This document shows positions 1-8,833 of a DNA stretch of 64,000 bases, one piece after another. Made by a program: the position numbers and the translations under genes. The stretch spans positions 4,288,001 to 4,352,000 of the forward strand of contig CBDCXR010000004.1 of NCBI GenBank assembly GCA_965223845.1. Direction: 5' to 3'. Origin of the DNA: Planctomycetota bacterium. Its GTDB lineage: Bacteria; Planctomycetota; UBA8108; SXIK01. The first letter of the stretch is position 1. Every line of letters begins with the position of its first letter. The notes under the pieces are model-generated. The model saw only the letters and a list, made by a program, of their open reading frames with translations, did no database searches and was not told the DNA's origin.

Positions 1-1
1 A

Positions 2-67
2 CTCGTTCGCTCCGCGGCACCTACCGCCGTGAAGCTGGGTGAGATCTGGATATACGAGAGAATGTAG
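2..67 (+). CDS. Possible 3' end of a gene entering from the left edge
   Basis: Open frame from the window edge reads LVRSAAPTAVKLGEIWIYERM*. It is followed by an AT-richer spacer. Confidence 0.3.
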   Translation, partial: LVRSAAPTAVKLGEIWIYERM

Positions 68-215
68 ACATTTTACAGTTGTGAGCAGACGTTACCATTG
101 AAGCAATACCTGCGACCGCTACGGCGCGGGAAACGCTGGTTTGAAGCGCCGAGCCACCAAGTGCGAACGTCGAAAAGACATTGGACGACGCACCCCTCGA
201 ATCGAACAGAAGCTC

Positions 216-2225
216 ATGAATCTCTGCGTACTACGCTCGTCCGTTATCGCCGTGCTCCTCTCGCTCGGCGCGAACGCACTCGCCCTCGAGATCCGAGGCG
301 CAGCGGTGATCCCGCACGCTCCCGTGCGGGAAATGCAATTCCGACGCCCGATCGACTTCCGAGCCGGCGCGCGTATTCAGCTCTTCGTGATCAACGAGAC
401 TGCCGAGCCCGTCCGAGTGGACGAGCTGGAGATCGACGGACTCGCGCCGGCTGGCCACATGAAATCGGGCGACTGGTCCTGGCATGACACTCCGGCGATA
501 TGGGCCGAAGGTACACGCCCGATTCCGCCGGGTGCCCTGTCCTGCTGGACGTACAACCAGGTCGAGGGCTTCGACGACGGCAAACGGCGCGTGACGGTCG
601 CGGGTGAGACACTCGAGGTCGAGCTTCGCCGCCCGCGGGTCTGGCTCGAGGCAGTGACGTTTCTCGGGACCGGCGATGCCCTCTACCCGAATCGCATCGT
701 GGTCCATGTTCGGAATACGTCGACGGGCCCGATCTCGATGCGATCTCTGCGCCTCTGGTTGCCGAAATCGAACGCGACGTTCCGCCATCTCTATCCGACC
801 GCACCCGTAAAGGACGCGCAGCTCTTCCCCGCGAGCGGCGTGATCGATTCGGGGGATACGGGATGTCTCGTCGCCCGCGTGAAGGACCTGCCGCTCACCT
901 ACGCCGCGGTCGAGCTCCTCGCCGAGAACGCGAGCAAGAAACCTCTCACCCTCTGGTCCCATCTCCGCATCAAGAAAGAAGTCTTCGATATCGGCGGCGG
1001 CTGGGTGAGCTCGAACCGAGTGCCAGGCGGCTCGCTCCGGGCCGAACCCTACTTGAAGACTCTCCGCGCGCTTCACATCAGCTCGGGCATGCACGATTCG
1101 GTCCCCGGTTACACGGACCAGACTGGGCCGGACAGCTTGTACGCGCGCTACCCGATCAAGATGATGAACCGGCTCCAGCCCGTCGAGCGCTTCGATCGCG
1201 ACGATGTTCTGCCGCGCATTCACGCCGTCGAGTTCCTCGGCGAGCCGCAGTACCGCGCGCGCACGAAGGGAAAGATGCCGCCGGCCGTTCTCGAGGCCTT
1301 TCGCCCGTACGCGCCGACGCGCTTGGCGACATCGGTCACACTCAGCGATGCATCGACCTGGCACCTCTGGGCCGGGCTCTCGGACTACCCGCACTACGAC
1401 GCTTACCGCGTCACGGCGCCGATGGCCGACTCTTGGCGGAGCTACGACCGATGGGGCGGAGTGCGCATCGGCTGGGGAGCGCCGCTCGAAACGATCGGCG
1501 ACATGACCCGGTCGCTCCGGGAAAACAGCCGACCGGCGTCGATCGCGTACTGGTCACAAGGGCCGCACGAGGGATGGCGCGGCTACGACGGCAGGCAGAG
1601 AAGTTCGCCGACCGTCGAAGAACTAAGGGCACAGGCCTACCACGGGCTCTCGAGTCGCATCACTTCGCTCTATTGGTTCAATCTCAGCCTCCGTTCACTT
1701 CTCAAGTTTCGCGACACGCTGCCCGAGCTTCAGAGGATCGGACGCGAAATCCGCCTGCTCGACGACTACTACCTGGAAGGTTGCGCCCACTCGTATCGAC
1801 GCGTTCTCAGCGACTCGACACCGAGCGCCGACCTCGCTGTCATCGCCGCGCCGCGCGGAGCGCTGCTCTTTTTTCTCGACCTCGAGTACGAGCCCGATCC
1901 CGAAGAAAAAGTGTTCCGTTTCCCGGAGCACCGAAAGTTGACGCTCGAGTTCCGCCTTCCGAGTTATCTCCGCGATCCTAAAGACGTGTTCCGAGTCGAT
2001 GCAGAAGGGACGCACGACGTCGAGCACGAGGTGAGCGGCTCACAGGTTCGCGTCACCGACCGAGTGTCGAACGTCGGGATCTGGGTCGCTGCGCCGAATC
2101 GGGGCGAGCGCGAGCGATTGAAGAGGCGGCTCGGCCAGCTCCTCGAGTACGAACGCTCGTTCGACTTCGATCCCGGACGGATCGACGGCGACTTCGAGAA
2201 GCTGAGAGGTCTACTCGGCGACTGA
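216..2225 (+). CDS. Secreted hypothetical protein with a possible glycoside-hydrolase-like TIM barrel
   Basis: ORF 141..2225. ATG 216 gives a signal peptide (SSVIAVLLSLGANALA). Motifs FLGEP, DYPHYDAY, YWSQG and PTVEELRAQAYHGLS..SLYWF resemble GH-like barrels. Confidence 0.7.
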   Translation: MNLCVLRSSVIAVLLSLGANALALEIRGAAVIPHAPVREMQFRRPIDFRAGARIQLFVINETAEPVRVDELEIDGLAPAGHMKSGDWSWHDTPAIWAEGTRPIPPGALSCWTYNQVEGFDDGKRRVTVAGETLEVELRRPRVWLEAVTFLGTGDALYPNRIVVHVRNTSTGPISMRSLRLWLPKSNATFRHLYPTAPVKDAQLFPASGVIDSGDTGCLVARVKDLPLTYAAVELLAENASKKPLTLWSHLRIKKEVFDIGGGWVSSNRVPGGSLRAEPYLKTLRALHISSGMHDSVPGYTDQTGPDSLYARYPIKMMNRLQPVERFDRDDVLPRIHAVEFLGEPQYRARTKGKMPPAVLEAFRPYAPTRLATSVTLSDASTWHLWAGLSDYPHYDAYRVTAPMADSWRSYDRWGGVRIGWGAPLETIGDMTRSLRENSRPASIAYWSQGPHEGWRGYDGRQRSSPTVEELRAQAYHGLSSRITSLYWFNLSLRSLLKFRDTLPELQRIGREIRLLDDYYLEGCAHSYRRVLSDSTPSADLAVIAAPRGALLFFLDLEYEPDPEEKVFRFPEHRKLTLEFRLPSYLRDPKDVFRVDAEGTHDVEHEVSGSQVRVTDRVSNVGIWVAAPNRGERERLKRRLGQLLEYERSFDFDPGRIDGDFEKLRGLLGD

Positions 2226-2288
2226 CGGAGCCCTCGAGATTCCGTGACCATTCGGCAGTTAACGCGCAACGTCCGGAGTGAACAAAAC

Positions 2289-4607
2289 ATGCTCATGAGA
2301 TCCTCTCGTTTCGCGTCGTCGACCAGCGCGATCCTCGCTGCCGTGCTTCTCTGTTCGCAGGGACAACGTGCTACCGCAACCGAGCGACCTGACATCCCCG
2401 CCCATCAACCGGTGGTCCTGCCCGGATTACACGCGTACGCGCAAAAGAGCATCGCCGCGGGCGAGGAGATCGAGTTTCGGGTGAGTAGCAGCGTTCCGTA
2501 CGACTTGTCCGTCGTGCGACTCGGGCCCGATCCCGAAAACCGGGACGAGGATCCGACGCTCGAGACGTTCCGTGTCGAAGCGCCTCGATCTCAGCCGATT
2601 CATCCCGGTTCCTACGTACACGTGAGCAAAGGCCTCCCCGCCGAGAGGCGACTGACGGAGCTGACCTTGGAAGCCTGGATTCGCCCGTTCCACTTGTCCG
2701 GCTGGCAAGGCTTGATCACCCAGCACGACTACCCGGACCGATGCGGATTCGGTTTGTTTCTGAATCAAGGGCGAGTCGCATTCATCACCGGCGCCGGCGG
2801 TGCTTTCGATCCGGGTTCGCTTCACGCGACCGATCCAGGTTCCATCACGGCCCGGCGCTGGCACCACGTCGTAGGATCCTGGGACGGAAGGGTGAAGAGA
2901 ATCTACGTCGACGGCGAGCTCAGGACCGAGTTCCCTTTCGCCGGCGTGGTGCGTCCCGCGCAGACCTCGCTTCGGATCGGGGCGTACGGGAGCGACGGAC
3001 TGGCGTCGAACTTCTATGGCGGCGACATCGCCATGTGCGCCGTGCATGAACGAGCGCTCGGGAGGGATCAGATCAAGAAGCGCTTCGCTGATCGTGGGTT
3101 GACGATTCCGAAGGGCGATTCCGTGCTCGCATGCTGGCCGTTCAGCGAAGAACGCGGCACGCGAGTCGCCGACGCAAGCGCCGACCGGCGAGACGGCCGG
3201 ATCATCAACCGGGGAACGTGGATGATCGGTGGCCCGGGCTTCGACGCTACGAAAGTCGGTCGACACGATTCGAGCTACGATCCCACCCGCGACGAAAAGC
3301 GCGGCCACGGCCTCCGACTCGCAGCGGACGAGCTCTACGACGCCCGCTGGGACGTCAGTCACCGGTTCCGCGTTCCCGCGGACGCCAAGTCTGGAGTGTA
3401 CGCGGGACGATTCGATTTTCAGATGAACGGGAAGCCCATGCGGTATTTCACGACGTTCATCGTGCGGCGCCCCGAGTCGAGGCCCAAGGCGCCCTTGCTG
3501 GTGCTCGTGAGCTCGAACACCTGGCTGGCGTACAACTCGGTTCCGTTCCCGGTCAATCACGGACCGGGGCTCCTCCAGATGGGAACCGGGGGGCTGCGCA
3601 CGAGTCACCCCTCGGCGCCGACGTACAGCTTCTACAGCGATCACCGAAACGGCCAGCCCACGTACAAAGTCGGATTGAAAGTGCCGTGGCCGGCCGCCGG
3701 CCCCAACAAGACCTACATCAACCAGTCCTACAGCCATCTTCTGCGCGGCGAACGTTTCCTCCACCTCTGGCTGGATCGCCACGGATACGACTACGACGTC
3801 ATCGCCGACCACGACTTGGATCGCCACCCGGAAGTCTTGGACGGCTACAGAGCGGTCTGCCTCAACGGACACAGCGAATACTGGTCGATTCGCGCCTACA
3901 ACGGACTCGATCGCTACCTCGAGGCCGGCGGAGCGGCCGTGGTGATGTCCGGCAACACCATGTTTTGGCGAGTGAGCTTCGACGACGGCGGCGAGGTGAT
4001 GGAGTGCCGCAAGTTTGGCACGCAGATCGGCGGGCGGGCACACGCGAAGGTGGGCGAGCTCTATCACAGTCACGACTTCAAGCGCGGCAGTCTGATGCGT
4101 TTCTGCGGCTACCCTGCTTGGAAGTCGATCGGTCTTACGTGCATAGGATGGGGAGGCGGCAACTTCAAGCCGTACCAGGTCGATCTACCGGATCATTTCC
4201 TCTTCAACGAACCTCACAAGACCGGACTGAAGAAAGGCGATGCGTTCGGGTTCGTCAACCGCACCAGCGGAGCGGTCGGCCACGAGTACGACGTTCGGCT
4301 GTCGACGATTCTGCGCACGACCGAGAACCCCGTCTTCACGGGGCTGGTCGAACCCGAGGGAATCACCACCTTGGCACGCAGCCACGACAAGCGAAACGTC
4401 CTCGACTTCAACGCCGAGGGGCACAAACCGCGACGGGGCGGGGAACAGACGATCGCGGAGATCATCTACTGGAATCGCCCGCAGGGCGGTCGGGTGTTTC
4501 ACACCGGGTCGATCGCGACCGCGTGGGGCCTGTACCACGACGAATCGTTGAGTCGGCTGGTGCAAAACGTCCTCCACCACTTCAACGTAACGCCGACGAA
4601 ACGTTGA
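2289..4607 (+). CDS. N,N-dimethylformamidase beta-subunit family protein with inserted LamG-like domain
   Basis: Signal peptide. LamG motifs TLEAWIRP and WHHVVGSWDG..IYVDG. DMFase-family motifs NTWLAYN, GHSEYW, SGNTMFWRV, GHEYD and GGRVFHTGSI. Confidence 0.85.
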   Translation: MLMRSSRFASSTSAILAAVLLCSQGQRATATERPDIPAHQPVVLPGLHAYAQKSIAAGEEIEFRVSSSVPYDLSVVRLGPDPENRDEDPTLETFRVEAPRSQPIHPGSYVHVSKGLPAERRLTELTLEAWIRPFHLSGWQGLITQHDYPDRCGFGLFLNQGRVAFITGAGGAFDPGSLHATDPGSITARRWHHVVGSWDGRVKRIYVDGELRTEFPFAGVVRPAQTSLRIGAYGSDGLASNFYGGDIAMCAVHERALGRDQIKKRFADRGLTIPKGDSVLACWPFSEERGTRVADASADRRDGRIINRGTWMIGGPGFDATKVGRHDSSYDPTRDEKRGHGLRLAADELYDARWDVSHRFRVPADAKSGVYAGRFDFQMNGKPMRYFTTFIVRRPESRPKAPLLVLVSSNTWLAYNSVPFPVNHGPGLLQMGTGGLRTSHPSAPTYSFYSDHRNGQPTYKVGLKVPWPAAGPNKTYINQSYSHLLRGERFLHLWLDRHGYDYDVIADHDLDRHPEVLDGYRAVCLNGHSEYWSIRAYNGLDRYLEAGGAAVVMSGNTMFWRVSFDDGGEVMECRKFGTQIGGRAHAKVGELYHSHDFKRGSLMRFCGYPAWKSIGLTCIGWGGGNFKPYQVDLPDHFLFNEPHKTGLKKGDAFGFVNRTSGAVGHEYDVRLSTILRTTENPVFTGLVEPEGITTLARSHDKRNVLDFNAEGHKPRRGGEQTIAEIIYWNRPQGGRVFHTGSIATAWGLYHDESLSRLVQNVLHHFNVTPTKR

Positions 4608-4647
4608 CGAAAACGCGAGCGCCGTCATCGGTCCCGCAGCGAGCAGT

Positions 4648-6876
4648 CTATCCATCGGAGTTTGTCTTTGTGCCGATGCGCAGCAGTTGAAGGGCGTCAA
4701 GGATGACAAAGCCGGTCGTGTCCGCGTTCGTGATTCGAATCTCCGTTTCGACATCTGCCAGTAGATCGACCGTGCCGAAAAGGCGGAAGTACCTGCCAGT
4801 GGGTATCGCTCGCGTCTGATCCACAACGAACGACTTCTTGAATGCCCCCGAAGAAACAGCCACGGGGACATTCTTCGCTCGGCTTGGATGAGGCGAGTAA
4901 GCCATGAGGATCTGGTATCGACCGGACTCGGGCGCCTTGAATCGGAAGGTCGCGGTCGCACTCCCGTCGCCTTTCACCTTGGCATCGCTCTCCCCACTGA
5001 AAACGTAGCCGCGTTCGATGTGTGGTTTGAATCTCGTCGAGCGCGACCAGTCGCCGGCGAGCTTCGCGTCCGCATCGTCGAGCACGATCCCCGGAAGCGT
5101 CTTCGCGGCGATGGAGCGATTCTCCGAGGGCACATCGGTCTCCGGCAGATCCAGGGCCTGGTCTTGAGCCAGAAGCCGCTCGCGGAGCTGCGCGTACTTC
5201 AGCTCCTGTACTGCGAGACCCTGTTTCGCCGCGAGCGCCGCGGCGACTCCCGCTCCCTGGCCGATGACCATCCACGCCCCTTCGATTCGCAGCGACGAGA
5301 TGCCCACGTGCGTGCACGACAGTGCGACCGGAACGAGCAAGTTCTCACACTGTTCGGATCTCGGGAGGATCGAACGGTACGGCACATGGTAAGCGTAGCC
5401 CTGCCCGGGAATCCTCCTTACGGGAAAGATCGTGCCCTCATTGATCACCCCTCCGCCTCTGAGCGCGATGCGCTGGCAGTCGTGCGAGTCGATCGGAAAC
5501 GACGAGACGGCGATCGGATCTTCCTTCTCGGGCGTTTCGAGAATGTCCTTTTGGCTGATGACATACATGCCCTTCATTCGTCGCGACTCGCGGACGTAGA
5601 GAGCCGGGGAGAAATGCTCATAGCGCGCGAACTCGTCCTTGCATAGGCCGAGTCCGACGTATCGATCGCGCATCTCTGCGGGCACCGCCGAGTCGGTGGT
5701 CAAAAAATGAAAGAACTCGAGCGTGTACTGTTTATGTGCCTCCCAAATCTTCTTCCGTCCCGCTTCACCAGCCGAGTGCCAGCCACTCCCACCGCCCACT
5801 AGACCGATCGAAAACTGTCCCCCGATCGAGTTGTTGCCATCGAACTTCCTGCTGGGAAGCGGATAGAGGTCGAAGCCGACTCGCTTCTCCCCTGCCTTGA
5901 GAGCGCGGCGAACGATCTCGAACCGGCCCGGATCGTAGTGCGCCGGCTTCGGCATCGGGACGCGTATGTCCGGATCTTTCGTCAGGCAAAGCCGAAAGCT
6001 GTAGGTCATCACGTTTCTGTCGCCGGCGTCTTCGTCGCCGGCATCTTCGGCTGTGACTAGCGGCAACGTGTCGTCTTCATCGTCGAAGCCGTTGATATCC
6101 ATCTTGCGCTTCGGATACTGCTTGCCGGCCAGCGACTCGTCGTACTCGGCGCGGCCCTCGCGGCCGATGGACCACTCAACACCCGCGGCCGCCATCAAAT
6201 CGCCCTCGTAAGTCCCGTCCACGAAGACCTTGGCTTTGAACAACCCGTTCTTGGTTTCTAACGACGATATCCGCGGCCCATCCTTCACGACCGACTGCAA
6301 GTAACGTTCGGTCAGCACCGTGACTCCGGCCTCGTCGAGCATCCTCAGCGTCACACGCATCGCGACGTGCGGCTCGAAGGTCCACCTCGACTGATCCTTC
6401 TTCGTCGGGTCGTAAGGGGGATTCAGCCCGCGGTCGGTGTAGTCCTCGACGACGCGCCTGTGCCACTCCTCGAATAGGCCCCGCAGCGTAGACCGCACCA
6501 TTTGGTTGGAATCGCAGTGGCTGAGTCCTCCGGTACTCAGCCCGCCAACGTGGTCGGTCGGTTCGAGCAGAATGACCGAAGGACCTTCGCGAGCCGCGGC
6601 GATCGCGGCGCAGAAACCGCCAGGCGTCGAGCCATAGACGATGACATCGGCGATGCGGTCTTCGTTTCCCGTTGGCTGACCCCGTGCGCTAGGCCTGCCG
6701 TTTTGGTCTGCGCTGGGATTCTTCGCGCCGACGCCGTCGACGTTCCTGTACCTCAGATCGCCGGCGCGGATGGACACGGCCTTGGGCAACTCCTGGGTTC
6801 TCTCGTTCGCCCATCCCGACGACGACAGAGGCATCAAAATGAGCAGAATCGCGGTCGTTTTCGTGAGGCGGTTCAC
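4648..6876 (-). CDS. FAD-dependent oxidoreductase (FAD_oxidored family) with C-terminal golvesin-like beta-sandwich
   Basis: DVIVYGSTPGGFCAAIAAAREG dinucleotide-binding motif; FVDGTYEGDL, YVRESRR, DSHDC, LSCTHVGISSLRIE. GTG 6876 gives a signal peptide (ORF track starts at 7212). Confidence 0.88.
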   Translation of the reverse strand: MNRLTKTTAILLILMPLSSSGWANERTQELPKAVSIRAGDLRYRNVDGVGAKNPSADQNGRPSARGQPTGNEDRIADVIVYGSTPGGFCAAIAAAREGPSVILLEPTDHVGGLSTGGLSHCDSNQMVRSTLRGLFEEWHRRVVEDYTDRGLNPPYDPTKKDQSRWTFEPHVAMRVTLRMLDEAGVTVLTERYLQSVVKDGPRISSLETKNGLFKAKVFVDGTYEGDLMAAAGVEWSIGREGRAEYDESLAGKQYPKRKMDINGFDDEDDTLPLVTAEDAGDEDAGDRNVMTYSFRLCLTKDPDIRVPMPKPAHYDPGRFEIVRRALKAGEKRVGFDLYPLPSRKFDGNNSIGGQFSIGLVGGGSGWHSAGEAGRKKIWEAHKQYTLEFFHFLTTDSAVPAEMRDRYVGLGLCKDEFARYEHFSPALYVRESRRMKGMYVISQKDILETPEKEDPIAVSSFPIDSHDCQRIALRGGGVINEGTIFPVRRIPGQGYAYHVPYRSILPRSEQCENLLVPVALSCTHVGISSLRIEGAWMVIGQGAGVAAALAAKQGLAVQELKYAQLRERLLAQDQALDLPETDVPSENRSIAAKTLPGIVLDDADAKLAGDWSRSTRFKPHIERGYVFSGESDAKVKGDGSATATFRFKAPESGRYQILMAYSPHPSRAKNVPVAVSSGAFKKSFVVDQTRAIPTGRYFRLFGTVDLLADVETEIRITNADTTGFVILDALQLLRIGTKTNSDG

Positions 6877-7276
6877 GGTGTTTTCTCGTTTGGGCTCACG
6901 CTGCAACCTGCCTTCTATCGGATGCACCGCGGCCGTGGATTTCAGGCTCCCGACCATGCCGCGCATCCTACCAGACGCCGTGACCCACGGAGGACGGACG
7001 ACTGAGAGAAGGCGGAAACACTTCGCGTTCACGCGAGTGTTGACGGGCCGGGTGAGGAGAGCGCACCCCTCGAATCGACGCCCCGGACCGTCTCGGTCAA
7101 GAGACGAGAGGGCCAGGCAGGCGTCGCCATCCGCGTCGAGTTCAGCGATGATAGGAAGGCCGCCCGAGTTCCGATGCCGGATGGATCTGCTCGAACTTGA
7201 CGGCGCAGTCATCGGAGGCCGCGGTAAACTCGGGGCACTTCACACGAAGCGCAGCAAGGAATTCTTCGAGCTCGAA

Positions 7277-8602
7277 ATGACCACTCACTCGCGCCGTTCG
7301 TTTCTTCGCGGTTCCGCCGCTGGCGGCCTCGGCTTGCTTCTTTTGCCTGCCCGACTTGCTCGCGGCTATTCCGCGAACGAGAAGGTCGATGTCGCCTTCA
7401 TCGGTGTGGGTGGAGTCGCTCGCGGCAATCGTGCGCGCATGAAGCGCTTGGCGTCGGACGCAAACATCGTCGCCCTGTGCGATGTCGACGAGAAGAACTT
7501 GGCGGCTGCGTTAGCGCAGCATGAGGGCGCCAAGTCGCACCGAGACTACCGAAAGATGCTCGAAGAGCAGAAGGGGATCGACGCCGTCGTCGTTTCGACT
7601 CCCGACCACAGCCATTTCCCTGCGTCGATTCTCGCCATGCAGCTCGGCAAGGGCGTAGCGACCGAAAAGCCGATGGCGCACACCGTTTGGGAGGCGCGCC
7701 AACTGGCGATCGCGGCCAAGAAGTACGGCGTCGCGACGCAGATGGAAAACGAGCATCACGCGAAAGACGCGCTTCGCCAACAAGTTGAATGGGTACAGTC
7801 CGGTGCCATCGGCGAAGTGCGCGAGGTGCACATTTTTTCCAACCGACCGATTTGGCCACAGGGAATGAAGAAGCGCCCGCCCAGCGAGAAGGCGCCGCCC
7901 CATACCGATTGGGATCTCTGGATCGGTCCTGCTCCCTACCGTGACTATCACAAGGGATTGCACCACTTCGCGTGGAGAGGCTGGTGGGATTTCGGCACCG
8001 GGGCGCTCGGAGATATGGGATGCCATCAGTTCGATCCCGTGTTCTGGGCACTCGAGCTCGGGCAACCCGATGCGGTTTGGGCCGAGCAGGTCGGCAATAC
8101 CGATGAGAGCGGACCGACCTCGGCCGTTGTGACGTACGAATTTCCCGCGCGGGTGAAGCTCCCGCCCGTCACGGTGAAGTGGTTCGAAGGAAAGACGAAA
8201 GTCCCGCGGCCCAAAGCCCTCGAAGAGGGACGCAAGCTGCCATCCGGCGGCATCGTCTACTACGGCAGTAAGGAGACGCTTCTCGCGAAGCATCCGCCGA
8301 TCACGGAGATCGTGCCGAAGTCGCGGGCGCGAAGGTTTCGTCCGCCCAGCGCATTCATCCGGCGTTCACCGGGGCACTACAAGGAATGGCTCGATGCCAT
8401 AAAGGGCGGCGAGCCCGCCTCGTCGAACTTCGTCGACTACAGCGGCCCGCTCACCGAGCTCGTCCTCTTGGGGAACCTCGCGATTCGGAGCGGCGAGAAG
8501 ATCGAGTGGGACGCGAAGAAGCTCATCGCAACATCCTCCGCGAAGGCGCAGCAATTCGTACGGCGCACGTATCGCGCGGGTTGGGACTTTTGGACGGCGT
8601 GA
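7277..8602 (+). CDS. Tat-exported Gfo/Idh/MocA family oxidoreductase
   Basis: SRRSFL twin-arginine signal; IGVGG, STPDHSH, EKPMAHT and GALGDMGCH motifs. Confidence 0.92.
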   Translation: MTTHSRRSFLRGSAAGGLGLLLLPARLARGYSANEKVDVAFIGVGGVARGNRARMKRLASDANIVALCDVDEKNLAAALAQHEGAKSHRDYRKMLEEQKGIDAVVVSTPDHSHFPASILAMQLGKGVATEKPMAHTVWEARQLAIAAKKYGVATQMENEHHAKDALRQQVEWVQSGAIGEVREVHIFSNRPIWPQGMKKRPPSEKAPPHTDWDLWIGPAPYRDYHKGLHHFAWRGWWDFGTGALGDMGCHQFDPVFWALELGQPDAVWAEQVGNTDESGPTSAVVTYEFPARVKLPPVTVKWFEGKTKVPRPKALEEGRKLPSGGIVYYGSKETLLAKHPPITEIVPKSRARRFRPPSAFIRRSPGHYKEWLDAIKGGEPASSNFVDYSGPLTELVLLGNLAIRSGEKIEWDAKKLIATSSAKAQQFVRRTYRAGWDFWTA

Positions 8603-8610
8603 GTCGTGGT

Positions 8611-8628
8611 GAGTCTCGCCAGAGACTC
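8611..8628 (+). terminator. Stem-loop just after the Gfo gene, between convergent genes
   Basis: GAGTCTC-gcca-GAGACTC, 8 nt after the stop. There is no U-tract, so termination is uncertain. Confidence 0.3.
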
Positions 8629-8833
8629 TCCGGCAGTCACATCGTCCGGAACGAGATCGTCGGCTGAGCCATCCCGCTAGATGGCGAGGCTGTCGGCAAC
8701 TTCAGTCCGATCGAAGCTATGCGTTCCAAGGAGCCGCTGATGCGCGATGGCTATCCCAGACGGACGAACGCCGAACGCGGCTGCATGATCCCGCGATCAG
8801 CAGAATCGAACCGGGATGTCTCACTCTCCCCTC

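Noticed and set aside
6770-7276. Long overlapping N-terminal extensions of the divergent FAD and Gfo ORFs
   Set aside because: Signal peptides begin at GTG 6876 (minus) and ATG 7277 (plus), so the interval is intergenic.
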